Position numbers and translations under genes: made by a program. Below, piece after piece: positions 1-9,087 of a stretch of 64,000 nucleotides of DNA (position 1 is its first letter; every line of letters begins with the position of its first letter). The notes under the pieces were generated by a model. The model did no database searches and was not told the DNA's origin. It saw only the letters and a program-made list of their open reading frames with translations. Source of the DNA: Candidatus Binataceae bacterium (lineage in GTDB: Bacteria > Desulfobacterota > Binatia > Binatales > Binataceae); the NCBI GenBank assembly GCA_035626155.1, contig DASPOF010000108.1, positions 45,286 through 109,285 on the forward strand. The letters run 5' to 3'.

Positions 1-2257
1 TCACGCGGTAGCCGTTGTTCGAGAGAATTATCTCGACCAGGTTCTTGCCGATATCGTGGACGTCGCCCTTGACCGTGGCGAGCACGATGGTGCCCTTGGC
101 CGCGATCTCGGCCTTCTCCATGTGCGGCTTAAGGTGCGCGACCGCGGCCTTCATCACCTCGGCCGACTGGAGCACTTCGGCGACGATCATCTGATTCGAG
201 TTGAAGAGCCGCCCGACCTCATCCATCCCCTTCATCAGCGGGCCGTTGATGATCTCGAGCGGCTTCATGGTCTTGAGCGCTGAGTCGAGGTCGGCGATTA
301 GCCCGTCCTTCGAGCCTTCCACGATGTAGAGCGCGAGCCGCTCCAGGAGCGGGAGATCCTTGTGGTAGCGTTCCGCCTCGGGCGCTGCTTTCTTCTCGCG
401 GAAGTACGCGGTGAACGCGGCGATCGGGTCGGCGCCCCGCCACCAGATAAGGTCCTCGGCAAGCCGCCGCTCGTTTTCGGGAATCGACGGGTAGCGCTCC
501 AGCTTCTCCGCGTTGACGATCGCGAGATCGAGCCCCGCCTGCACGCAGTGATAGAGCATCACCGCGTTCAGTACCTCGCGCCCGGCGGCGGGAAGGCCGA
601 ACGAGACGTTCGAGATTCCGAGGATCGTTTTCGCACGCGGCAGCGCCTGCTTGATGAGCCGGATGCCTTCGATCGTCTCGACGCCGTTTCCCTTCAGCGA
701 GGCATCGCCGGTGCCGATCGGCAGGCAGAGCGGATCGAAAATGATGTCCTCGGGCGCGATGCCGTGCTTTTCGGTGAGCAGCTTGTAGGATCGCTCCGCG
801 ATCGCGAGTTTGCGCGCGCGGGTTACGGCCTGCGCCTGCACCTTGTCCTCATCGATGCATCCGACGATCAGCGCCGCGCCGAATTGCTTCGCCGCGCCAA
901 TCACCCTGAGCAGCCGCTCGGCGTCCTCGCCGTCCTCGAGATTGATCGAATTGATGATCGATTTGCCGGGCGTGCGCTTGAGCGCCTCCGCGATGACCCG
1001 ATGGTCGGTCGAGTCGATCATCAGGGGCGCTTTGACCTTCCTCACCAGAATTTCGATGAAGCGGGTTACGCCCGCGAGTTCATCGCGGTCCGGATCCTGA
1101 AGGCATACGTCCAGCACCTGTGCGCCGCTCCGGACCTGCGCGCGGCCGATCTCGGATGCTTCCTCGAACTTCTCCCCGGCGATGAGCTGCTTGAACTTGC
1201 GGCTGCCCAGGACGTTGGTCCGCTCGCCGACGATGACCGGGCGGTTGCTCTCCTCGATCGGCAGGGCCTCGATGCCCGAGACGATCGACCGCCTGAGCGC
1301 GGAGCGAACGCGCGGCCTTGCGCCGGCGGCGGCCTCGGCAAGAAGCCGGATGTGTTCGGTCGTCGTCCCGCAACATCCGCCGACCAGGTTCACCCATCCG
1401 TTGCGGATGAACATCGCCATCTTGGCGGCGAGCATCTCGGGCGTTTCGTTGTAGCGCCCCTCCTCGTCGGGCAGCCCGGCGTTCGGCACGCAGGCGACGC
1501 AAAACCGCGAGATCTCCGCGAGCGTGCGCAGGTGATCGGTCATGAAGTCGGGGCCGGTCGCGCAGTTGAGTCCGATCCAGAGCAGGTCGCGATGCGCAAC
1601 CGAGGTGTAAAAGGACTCGATGTCCTGGCCCGCGAGCAGAGTGCCCATCGTCTCGATCGTCGCCGAGATCGCGATTCCCGGATGGACGCCGGTCCTTCCG
1701 ATCGCGCGGTCGACCCCGATCAATCCCGCCTTGCAGTTGAGAGTATCGTTGACCGTTTCCAGCAGCAGGACGTCGGCGCCGCCCTCGATAAGTCCGATCG
1801 CCTGCTCCTCGTAACCGGCGGCGAGTTCGTCGAAAGTCGTGTTGGCGGTGACCGAGATGCTCTTGGTGGTGGGGCCCATCGAGCCGGCTACGAAGCGCGG
1901 CTTTTGCGGCGTGCTGAATTTTGCCGCCTCTTCGCGGGCGATGGCCGCCGCGATGCGGTTGATTTCGCGCGTGTGCGGCGCAAGCCCGAACTCGGCGAGC
2001 ACGACCGGGGTTGCCTGGAAGGTCGCGGTCTCGATGATATCGGCGCCGACCTTGAGAAAGCCGTCGTGCATCTCCCGAATCAGGTCGGGGCGCGTGCGCA
2101 CGACATTTTCGTTGCAACCCTCCGCGCTCGCGCCGCCGTAATCCGCGGCGCTCAGATGACGGCCGAGGATGAACGTCCCGAAGGCGCCGTCGAGCACCAT
2201 AATTCGCTCGGCGAGCAATTCGGCGAGCCGCTTGATCCTGTGCGCATCGGTGGCCAT
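1..2257 (-). CDS. metH: Cobalamin-dependent methionine synthase, N-terminal ~752 codons; the 3' end runs off the left edge of the window
   Basis: Absent from the ORF track because no stop lies inside the window. Reverse translation from the ATG (complement of 2255-2257) reads MATDAHRIKRLAELLAERIMVLDGAFGT..., a homocysteine S-methyltransferase domain. It stays open in frame down to position 2. It ends ...KGDVHDIGKNLVEIILSNNGYRV, which contains the DxHxxG cobalamin-binding motif. The plus-strand ORF 362..2287 is its antisense shadow. Confidence 0.9.
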   Translation of the reverse strand, partial: MATDAHRIKRLAELLAERIMVLDGAFGTFILGRHLSAADYGGASAEGCNENVVRTRPDLIREMHDGFLKVGADIIETATFQATPVVLAEFGLAPHTREINRIAAAIAREEAAKFSTPQKPRFVAGSMGPTTKSISVTANTTFDELAAGYEEQAIGLIEGGADVLLLETVNDTLNCKAGLIGVDRAIGRTGVHPGIAISATIETMGTLLAGQDIESFYTSVAHRDLLWIGLNCATGPDFMTDHLRTLAEISRFCVACVPNAGLPDEEGRYNETPEMLAAKMAMFIRNGWVNLVGGCCGTTTEHIRLLAEAAAGARPRVRSALRRSIVSGIEALPIEESNRPVIVGERTNVLGSRKFKQLIAGEKFEEASEIGRAQVRSGAQVLDVCLQDPDRDELAGVTRFIEILVRKVKAPLMIDSTDHRVIAEALKRTPGKSIINSINLEDGEDAERLLRVIGAAKQFGAALIVGCIDEDKVQAQAVTRARKLAIAERSYKLLTEKHGIAPEDIIFDPLCLPIGTGDASLKGNGVETIEGIRLIKQALPRAKTILGISNVSFGLPAAGREVLNAVMLYHCVQAGLDLAIVNAEKLERYPSIPENERRLAEDLIWWRGADPIAAFTAYFREKKAAPEAERYHKDLPLLERLALYIVEGSKDGLIADLDSALKTMKPLEIINGPLMKGMDEVGRLFNSNQMIVAEVLQSAEVMKAAVAHLKPHMEKAEIAAKGTIVLATVKGDVHDIGKNLVEIILSNNGYRV

Positions 2258-2378
2258 TCTAATGTTCCGCCCGGACGCGGATGGTAAACTCAAACCTTAT
2301 CTTAGCAATGCTGACCAGGCAATTTTCTGCCGCGCAAAGCGAGCGCCGCGCGCGCTCGCGCGAGCGGGCATCAACGCG

Positions 2379-3302
2379 ATGAGCACCGCCGAGGCCATCG
2401 CGCCGCGCGCGCGCACGGTGCTCGTCACCGGCGGCGCGGGATTCATCGGATCGCACCTCGTCGATGCGCTCGCCCAGCAGGGCCATCGCGTCCGCATCAT
2501 CGACAACTTCTCAACCGGGCGCCGCGAGAACCTCAATCGTGCCGCCGAGCTGATCGAGGCCGATGTCCGCGACCCCGGCGCGATCGCGCCCGCGTTCGGC
2601 GGCGTCGATTGCGTGTTCCACACCGCCGCCCTGGCGCGCATCCCGCTCTCGATCGAAAAGCCCGTCGAGACGCACATGACCAACGTGGTCGGGACGCTGA
2701 ACGTGCTCGTGGCGGCGCGCGATGCCAAGGTCAGGCGGGTCGTGCTTTCCGGTTCGTCTTCGGTGTACGGCGAGCAGAAGAGCCTGCCGATGGTCGAGAC
2801 GATGACGCCGAATCCGCTCAACCCGTACGCGCTGCAAAAGTACGCCGGCGAGCAGTACGCGCGGATCTTTCATCGCCTGTTCGGCCTCCAGACACTCACC
2901 CTGCGCTACTTCAACGTGTATGGGCCGCGGATGGACGAGGAGGGCGCATACGCGCTCGCGATAGGGGCGTTCCTGCGCGCGCGGCGCGCCGGGCGTCCGC
3001 TCACGATTTTCGGCGACGGAGAGCAGACCCGCGACTTCACGCACGTGAGCGATGTCGTGGCAGCCAACCTGCTCGCGATGGATGCGGCGGTGGCCGACGG
3101 ACGCGCGATCAATATCGGGCGCGGCCAGAACGTGAGCATCAACCGCGTCGCGGCGATTATCGGGGGACCCATCACGCGGCTTGCGGCCCGCCCGGGCGAG
3201 ATTCGCGACACGCTCGCCGATCGCACCGAGGCCGAACGCGTGCTCGGATGGCGTCCGCGTGTGTCGATCGAGCAAGGTCTCGCCGATTTGCTCGGCTGCT
3301 GA
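2379..3302 (+). CDS. NAD-dependent epimerase/dehydratase (UDP-sugar 4-epimerase-like SDR)
   Basis: Rossmann motif VLVTGGAGFIGSHLV and catalytic YxxxK (YALQKYAGE). Start moved from track 2169 to the in-frame ATG at 2379 (MSTAEAIAPR...), because the upstream extension overlaps the metH start and looks non-coding. Confidence 0.85.
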   Translation: MSTAEAIAPRARTVLVTGGAGFIGSHLVDALAQQGHRVRIIDNFSTGRRENLNRAAELIEADVRDPGAIAPAFGGVDCVFHTAALARIPLSIEKPVETHMTNVVGTLNVLVAARDAKVRRVVLSGSSSVYGEQKSLPMVETMTPNPLNPYALQKYAGEQYARIFHRLFGLQTLTLRYFNVYGPRMDEEGAYALAIGAFLRARRAGRPLTIFGDGEQTRDFTHVSDVVAANLLAMDAAVADGRAINIGRGQNVSINRVAAIIGGPITRLAARPGEIRDTLADRTEAERVLGWRPRVSIEQGLADLLGC

Positions 3303-3400
3303 CTACACCGCAGACTTATCCAACAAGGTCCCGGATTTTCGGACGATAAGACGCCGCAGATTACACTCACGAATCTGCACTGAGTCGAGGTATCGGGAAA

Positions 3401-4036
3401 ATGGCTGAAAACGGCAGACCGATCGTCAGTGTTCTGTATCCTGAGCAGCACGAGCAGGCCGCAGTCGCGCTCGGCCGCGCTTTCATCAACGATCCGGGCT
3501 TCAAGGTGATTCTTCCCGATATCACCGAGCCGGTCGCGCGCGCCGAGCATCTGGCGGACTTGTTTCGCGCGCAGCTCGCGGTGGAACGCAGCAGCGGGCA
3601 GCCGGTCTTCGGCATAGTCGATAACGGGCGCGCCGTTGCCGCCGCGGTGACTGAAGGCGTGGGACATGGCGGCGTGCTCGGTCTGGTTGTTACCGGGCTT
3701 TTCCAACTCCCGCGTCTGGTGCGCGGCGTGGGATTCGGCGGAATGATCCGCGCGCTGAGAATGTTTGGCATGCTTGCCCGGCACCATCCCAAGGAGCCGC
3801 ATCTATATCTGCAAACCCTCGGAGTCGATCCGGATTTTCAGGGCAAAGGCTACGGAAAGGCGCTGCTCGACCGGCTCGCGCTGGAAGCGCGGGTGCGCCC
3901 CGAGATCGCCGGCGTTTACCTCGAGACCGGGACCGAGGCCAACGTCGCGTTCTACAGTTCCAAGGGCTATGAAATCCTGGGCGAGCTGTACCCGTTGGGC
4001 GTCAAGCAGTGGAGGATGTACCAGCGCAAACGCTAG
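3401..4036 (+). CDS. GNAT family N-acetyltransferase
   Basis: Acetyl-CoA binding motif A: LQTLGVDPDFQGKGYGKALL. GC3-rich codon usage. Confidence 0.8.
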   Translation: MAENGRPIVSVLYPEQHEQAAVALGRAFINDPGFKVILPDITEPVARAEHLADLFRAQLAVERSSGQPVFGIVDNGRAVAAAVTEGVGHGGVLGLVVTGLFQLPRLVRGVGFGGMIRALRMFGMLARHHPKEPHLYLQTLGVDPDFQGKGYGKALLDRLALEARVRPEIAGVYLETGTEANVAFYSSKGYEILGELYPLGVKQWRMYQRKR

Positions 4037-4082
4037 CCGCGCGCTGCGCACGGCGGCGCCGATGTCGTCAGGGGGATGAACG

Positions 4083-4814
4083 ATGATACCTGCGTGGCTC
4101 GCATTCTTTGACGGACTGCTCGCGATCGCTCTGGTGGCGGCCGGAATCATCGGCGCTCACTTTTACATGATCGATGGGTTTTTCGGTTTTCAGCTCTTCG
4201 TGTTCGGGTTCCTGCTGAGCATCATCGGTTTCATCATGGGGCTTATCGGAATTGCGATTACCCGCTCGGCGGAGCTCCGCTCCGCGCGCCAGCGCGCGAA
4301 CGTCGGCCTCGCGTTCAGCGTGGCCGTCGCGATTCCTCTGCTCGTCTTGGCTTTCTCGGTCCGAAATTACCCGGCCATCAACGACATCACGACTGACTTC
4401 GACAATCCTCCCGAGTTCACGCACGCGCAGGAACTCGCATCCAACCGCGGCCGCGACATGCGATACGACAAGGCGAGGTGCGCCGAGCGCCAGCAATCCG
4501 GCTACGGCCCGCTGGGGCCGATCGTGATCGCGGGTGACGCCGCGGGCACCTTCGAGAAGGTCAAAGCGGTTGCGGCCCAGATGCCGCAGTGGGAAATCAC
4601 CACGACCGACCCCAAATCGATGACGCTGGAGGGCGTGGGCACGACGAGCCTGTTCCGCTTCCAAGACGATTTCGTGATCCAGGTGCGGCCGGGCGAGGCC
4701 GGCAGGAGCCTGGTCGAGATGCGCTCGAGGTCGCGGGTCGGCATCGGCGACTTCGGCTCGAATTACAATCGCATCGTGCACTTCTTCGATCGGCTGAAAG
4801 CATCCGCGTCCTAA
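4083..4814 (+). CDS. Membrane protein with DUF1499-like C-terminal domain
   Basis: Three N-terminal hydrophobic helices, then FRFQDDFVIQVRP...VEMRSRSRVGIGDFGSNYNRIVHFF, which resembles the DUF1499 signature. Confidence 0.7.
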   Translation: MIPAWLAFFDGLLAIALVAAGIIGAHFYMIDGFFGFQLFVFGFLLSIIGFIMGLIGIAITRSAELRSARQRANVGLAFSVAVAIPLLVLAFSVRNYPAINDITTDFDNPPEFTHAQELASNRGRDMRYDKARCAERQQSGYGPLGPIVIAGDAAGTFEKVKAVAAQMPQWEITTTDPKSMTLEGVGTTSLFRFQDDFVIQVRPGEAGRSLVEMRSRSRVGIGDFGSNYNRIVHFFDRLKASAS

Positions 4815-4896
4815 CGCGCGACGCCTCACGGCCGCGGGCATCCCGAGAAAAATCAAGAGGAATATCCGCTCGCGCGGCAGGGTGGCCAAGGGCAGT

Positions 4897-4946
4897 TTGC
4901 ATTGCAACTTGCAATTTTCATAATGTAAGAATCCATGCAAATTGCA
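4897..4946 (+). promoter_or_regulatory. Two 11-bp palindromes, TTGCAtTGCAA at 4897-4907 and TGCAAaTTGCA at 4936-4946, plus an extra TTGCAA, in an AT-rich gap upstream of the permease gene
   Basis: Read directly from the sequence. The arms are exact reverse complements. The site lies 30-80 nt upstream of ATG 4976. Candidate operator; the binding protein is unknown. Confidence 0.35.
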
Positions 4947-4975
4947 CTGAGCCCGGGCGAGGCTCAACCACCGAT

Positions 4976-7048
4976 ATGGTGCCGGCGGATGAGATGAGCG
5001 TGGCTGCGCCCATATCCGCGGCCGGTGGCGACGGGACTTCGAGCAACGGCGCAGCCGTCGACTCTAGAAAGCGCACACAGGTCATCCTTGTCACGACCGG
5101 GATGCTCACTTTCATCTCGTTCTGGCGAGCCTCTGCGGTGGTGCTGTGCGACCTCGCCTCGACCGCATACTACATCGGCGGGATCGTCGAGGCGTCAGTG
5201 GGCAGATCGGCGCCCTACTTCATCCTGGCCGTGATGTTGTTTTCGTACGCGGTACGCGCGGTGTACGTCGAGTCGTGCTCGATGTTTACCCGGGGCGGCG
5301 TATACCGCGTGGTGAAGGAGGCGATGGGTTCGACGCTGGCGAAGCTTTCCGTCTCCGCGCTGATGTTCGACTACATACTGACCGGCCCGATTAGCGGTGT
5401 GTCGGCGGGCCAATACCTGGTCGGTCTGATCAACGAACTGCTGAACCTCGCCCACATCAATCTGACGCTCCCGCCCGATTTGACTGCGGCGGGGTTTGCA
5501 ACCGCGGTCACGCTGTACTTCTGGCGCCAGAACATCCTCGGGATCGAAGAATCGAGCGGCAAGGCGATGCGCATCATGCAAATCACCACCGTGATGGCGG
5601 TGCTGATGATCGCGTGGTGCGGCATCACGCTTTATTTGCGCGGGGCGCACCTGCCGCCGCTGGAACTCAGATACACGGATCAGTCGCTGGGATGGCTCAG
5701 GCATTGGCCGGCGGCGCGGACGATCGGGGCGATCGGCATAATGATCGGTTTCGGGCACTCGATCCTCGCGATGTCGGGCGAGGAGTCGCTGGCGCAGATC
5801 AACCGCGAAATCGAGGCGCCCAAGCTCAAGAACCTGCTCCGCACCGGCTTCGTCATCTTCATCTATAGCCTGCTGCTGACGTCGCTGATTTCCTTTTTCG
5901 CCGTGATGATCATCCCTGACAACGTGCGGATGGCGCGCTACGGCGACGACTTGATCGGCGGGCTGGCGATGTTTGTGGTGGGGCCGGTCTGGATCCGAAT
6001 TGCGCTGCGCGCGTTCGTGGTGCTCGTGGGGTTCCTCATCCTCGCGGGCGCAGTGAACACCGCGATCGTCGGCTCCACCGGCGTGCTGACCCGGGTCGCG
6101 GAAGACGGGGTGATGCTCGACTGGTTCCGCCATCCGCATCGCAAGTACGGAACCAACTACCGGATCGTGAACCTGGTTGCGTTCCTTCAGATCGCGACGA
6201 TCGTGCTTTCGCGCGGCAACATTTATTTGCTGGGCGAGGCGTACGCGTTCGGCGTGATCTGGAGTTTCGTATTCAAGACGATGTCGGTCCTGGTGCTTAG
6301 GTACAAGCAGAGGTACGTGCGGCTGTGGCGGGTGCCGCTGAATCTCACGTGGTTCCGCCCCTGGGGACAGGACTTCCCGCTCGCGCTCGCCTTCACGCTC
6401 CTGGTGCTGCTCGCGACCGCAATGATCAACCTCTTCACCAAGGAAAGCGCGACCATTACCGGCCTCGGCTTCACGCTCTGGCTGTTCACGGTTTTCGAGT
6501 TCTCCGAATGGGCGAACGGCCAGGTAGAGCACGAATACGGCGAGGAGCCCGAAAAGTTCAACCTCGACGTGGTCGAGGAAGAGATGCTCGTCCCCGCCTG
6601 CCTGAACAGCGATGGAACGATCAAGAAGCTGATCGCGATGCGGGATCCGAACAACCTCTCCCACCTCCATCGCTACCTTGCCGAGCGCGACAATGCGGAG
6701 CTGGTTGCACTTACCGTGCGCACCGAGCGCGGACTCGCCTCCAGCGAGGGCGCGCAGGTGTTCAGCGACGCCGAGGAAAAACTTTTCAGCAAGGTGGTGA
6801 AGATCTGCGAGGATCACGGGCGCGCGGTGGTGCCGCTGGTCGCGGTGTCGAACGATCAGATCTACGCGATCGCCCGAATCGCTTACCTGCTCGGCGTCGA
6901 TGAAATCGTGATGGGCGTCTCGGAGCGCTTCAAACCCGACGTGCAGTTGGAGAATTTCGCGATGCACTGGGGGTCGCTTGCGGACGGCGATCATCACGTC
7001 AAACTGCGCGTGCTCTCCGACACCCGCGACATCCGCGCCGAGATCTGA
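4976..7048 (+). CDS. APC superfamily amino acid/polyamine permease with C-terminal universal-stress-protein-like domain
   Basis: About 12 hydrophobic segments. The C-terminal ~150 aa (LIAMRDPNNLSHLHRYLAERDNAELVALTV...VPLVAVSNDQIYAIARIAYLLGVDEIVMGVS) is USP-like. Start moved from track 4589 to ATG 4976 (MVPADEMSV...), since the upstream part is Arg/Gly-rich junk overlapping the previous gene. Confidence 0.8.
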   Translation: MVPADEMSVAAPISAAGGDGTSSNGAAVDSRKRTQVILVTTGMLTFISFWRASAVVLCDLASTAYYIGGIVEASVGRSAPYFILAVMLFSYAVRAVYVESCSMFTRGGVYRVVKEAMGSTLAKLSVSALMFDYILTGPISGVSAGQYLVGLINELLNLAHINLTLPPDLTAAGFATAVTLYFWRQNILGIEESSGKAMRIMQITTVMAVLMIAWCGITLYLRGAHLPPLELRYTDQSLGWLRHWPAARTIGAIGIMIGFGHSILAMSGEESLAQINREIEAPKLKNLLRTGFVIFIYSLLLTSLISFFAVMIIPDNVRMARYGDDLIGGLAMFVVGPVWIRIALRAFVVLVGFLILAGAVNTAIVGSTGVLTRVAEDGVMLDWFRHPHRKYGTNYRIVNLVAFLQIATIVLSRGNIYLLGEAYAFGVIWSFVFKTMSVLVLRYKQRYVRLWRVPLNLTWFRPWGQDFPLALAFTLLVLLATAMINLFTKESATITGLGFTLWLFTVFEFSEWANGQVEHEYGEEPEKFNLDVVEEEMLVPACLNSDGTIKKLIAMRDPNNLSHLHRYLAERDNAELVALTVRTERGLASSEGAQVFSDAEEKLFSKVVKICEDHGRAVVPLVAVSNDQIYAIARIAYLLGVDEIVMGVSERFKPDVQLENFAMHWGSLADGDHHVKLRVLSDTRDIRAEI

Positions 7049-7171
7049 CTGGCGTCGCGAGGCTCCAATCGCCGCGCCATGACCGAAGCCCGAGCCGGAC
7101 GCGGGGCGCCTTGGGTCGTACCCTGAATGTCGCTAATATCTGTTGAGTAATTCGCGTTCAGGGACTTCGCG

Positions 7172-7792
7172 ATGATTGCGATAGTCGACTATCGGGCCGG
7201 GAACCTCGCCAGCGTCAAGCGCGCGCTCGAGCATCTCGGGCACCCGTCGGAAATCACCGACCGCGCCGAGCGCATCCGCTCGGCCGACCGCGTGATTCTG
7301 CCCGGCGTGGGCGCCGCAGGCGCCACGATGGAGAACCTGCGCGCGCTCGGACTCGATTCGGTCCTCAAGCGCGACGTCGCCGCGGCGGGCAAGCCGTTCC
7401 TCGGCATCTGCATCGGCATCCAGGTCCTGCTCGATCGCAGCGAGGAGGACGACGCGGACTGCCTCGGCATAATCAAGGGCCGGGTGGTGCGCTACCCGCG
7501 CTCGGTGGACGGGCGGCCGCTCAAGGTGCCGCAGATCGGATGGAACCGGGTGCACCAGACGCAGCCGCATCCGATTTTTACCGGCGTCCCGGACAACACG
7601 CACTTCTACTTCGTCAATTCGTACTACCCGGTGCCCGACGATCGCGATGCGGTCATCGCGGCATCCGATTACGGGATCGCGTTCTGCGCGGCGATAGCGC
7701 GCGGCAACGTAATCGCGACGCAATTCCATCTCGAAAAAAGCGGCGCCGCCGGATTGCAGATGCTCGACAACTTCTGCCGCCTGAAGTCCTGA
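7172..7792 (+). CDS. hisH: Imidazole glycerol phosphate synthase, glutamine amidotransferase subunit
   Basis: MIAIVDYRAGNLASVKRALEHLG, ILPGVGAAG, and the catalytic Cys in FLGICIGIQVL. Confidence 0.92.
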   Translation: MIAIVDYRAGNLASVKRALEHLGHPSEITDRAERIRSADRVILPGVGAAGATMENLRALGLDSVLKRDVAAAGKPFLGICIGIQVLLDRSEEDDADCLGIIKGRVVRYPRSVDGRPLKVPQIGWNRVHQTQPHPIFTGVPDNTHFYFVNSYYPVPDDRDAVIAASDYGIAFCAAIARGNVIATQFHLEKSGAAGLQMLDNFCRLKS

Positions 7793-7795
7793 GCG

Positions 7796-8596
7796 ATGCT
7801 CGCCAAGCGCATCATCCCGTGCCTCGACGTGCGCGACGGGAAAGTCACCAAGGGCATCCGGTTCCTTGCGAACGTCGATGTCGGCGACCCGGTCGCGATG
7901 GCGCGTTACTACTACGAGCAGGGCGCCGACGAGATCGTCTTCTACGACATCACCGCATCCAACGAGCGGCGCGGCATAATGCTCGACGTGGTGCGCGCGG
8001 TCGCGCGCGAAATCTTCATCCCGTTCAGCGTCGGCGGCGGCCTGCGCACGCTCGACGACATGCGCGCGGTCGTGCTGGCGGGCGCCGAGAAGGTCTCGAT
8101 CGATTCGGGCGCGGTGCGCAATCCCGCGATAATCACCGAGGGCGCGCGCGCCTTCGGCAGCCAGGCGGTCGTGCTCTCGATGCAGGTGAAGATGACCGGC
8201 GCGCGCCCGGCGCTTGAGTCCGGCTACGAGGTGGTGATCGATGGAGGCCGGGTCTTCACAGGCCGCGATGCGATCGAGTGGGCGCATGAGGGCGAACGGC
8301 TGGGGGCGGGCGAACTGGTGATCAACTCGATCGATCGCGACGGCACCAAGCTCGGCTACGACCTCGAAATCACGCGGCGGATCAGCGAGTCGGTCTCGAT
8401 CCCCGTGGTCGCCTCGGGCGGCGCGGGAACGCCCGAGCATCTGCGCGATGCGTTCACGCGGGGCGCTGCCGACGCCGCGATCGTCGCCTCGATCGTCCAT
8501 TACGGCGAGTTCCCGATCCCCGACATCAAGCGCTACCTGAGGACCGCGGGAATCGAGGTCCGCGAACCGGCCGCGCTCGAGAGGCCGGTTCCGTGA
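7796..8596 (+). CDS. hisF: Imidazole glycerol phosphate synthase, cyclase subunit
   Basis: [23 protein letters not shown]..., [23 protein letters not shown]. Typical HisF. Confidence 0.93.
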   Translation: MLAKRIIPCLDVRDGKVTKGIRFLANVDVGDPVAMARYYYEQGADEIVFYDITASNERRGIMLDVVRAVAREIFIPFSVGGGLRTLDDMRAVVLAGAEKVSIDSGAVRNPAIITEGARAFGSQAVVLSMQVKMTGARPALESGYEVVIDGGRVFTGRDAIEWAHEGERLGAGELVINSIDRDGTKLGYDLEITRRISESVSIPVVASGGAGTPEHLRDAFTRGAADAAIVASIVHYGEFPIPDIKRYLRTAGIEVREPAALERPVP

Positions 8597-9006
8597 AAAT
8601 CGCGCTGGTGGTCGCCGAGTTCAACTCCGAGGTGACAGGGCCGATGGAGCAGCGCGCCCGCAGCCATGCCGAGGCGCTCGGCGTCGAGGTGGCGCGCATC
8701 GTTCGCGTCCCCGGCGTGTACGACATGGGCCCGGTGGTCAAGCGCCTGCTCCGGAAGAAGGATATCGACGGCGTCGTGATGATCGGCGCAGTCATCAAGG
8801 GCGAGACCAAGCACGACGAACTCATCGCGCACGCGATCGCAAACGCAGGCGTCGCCCTCTCGATCGAGTTCGAAAAGCCGGTCGGCCTGGCGATTACCGG
8901 CCCGGGGATGAGCGATGAACAGGCCGAGGCGCGAATCGTGAACGCGACGCGCGGCGTGGATGCGGTGGTCAAGGTCGCGCGCGTCCTGAACGAAATCGGC
9001 GGCTGA
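8593..9006 (+). CDS. ribH: 6,7-dimethyl-8-ribityllumazine synthase, short (archaeal-like) form
   Basis: [63 protein letters not shown]. The GTG start overlaps the hisF stop (GTGA). Confidence 0.75.
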   Translation: MKIALVVAEFNSEVTGPMEQRARSHAEALGVEVARIVRVPGVYDMGPVVKRLLRKKDIDGVVMIGAVIKGETKHDELIAHAIANAGVALSIEFEKPVGLAITGPGMSDEQAEARIVNATRGVDAVVKVARVLNEIGG

Positions 9007-9070
9007 CCTCTCGCGCGGTTGTGAACATTTCAACGTGTTCGGCGTTGAGGCAGCGCGCGCGAATTCTTAT

Positions 9071-9083
9071 ACTCGATTCGAGT
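9071..9083. promoter_or_regulatory. 13-bp palindrome ACTCGAtTCGAGT, 5 nt upstream of the MerR-like gene start
   Basis: Exact 6+1+6 inverted repeat read from the sequence. Possible autoregulatory operator or translation-initiation-region hairpin. Confidence 0.3.
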
Positions 9084-9087
9084 CACA

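Noticed and set aside
362-2287. 641-aa plus-strand ORF, the longest in the first 2.3 kb
   Set aside because: Its translation is Arg/Gly/Asp/Leu-rich with no motifs. It lies exactly antisense to a clean methionine synthase reading frame (DxHxxG motif, Hcy-methyltransferase N-terminus). This is a classic high-GC shadow ORF.
2258-2378. Cobalamin riboswitch or other leader upstream of metH
   Set aside because: The gap is only 121 nt and is shared with a divergent gene. It contains a short GC hairpin (2340-2358) but no B12-box-like sequence. B12-dependent metH is not normally riboswitch-controlled.
4883-4906. Sigma-54 promoter upstream of the APC/USP permease (TGGCCAAGGGCAGTTTGCATTGCA)
   Set aside because: The GG and GC dinucleotides are one nt too far apart for either possible -24 box. 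Sigma-54 spacing is strict, so this is reported only as a palindrome cluster.
5195-6997. 600-aa minus-strand ORF. The same class includes 7133..8500(-), 23876..25417(-), 32673..34268(-), 35001..36971(-), 37369..39075(+), 39123..40379(-), 46065..47477(+), 47639..49171(+), 50560..51813(+), 51859..53034(+), 59080..60480(-) and 60708..62156(-).
   Set aside because: All are antisense or off-frame to genes with unmistakable family motifs (APC permease, hisHF, gltB/D, aidB-like, glcF, gyrA/B, dsbD, ribBA, selA, etc.). Their translations are dominated by R/H/D/G/P/A runs, as expected when GC3-rich genes are read in the wrong frame.
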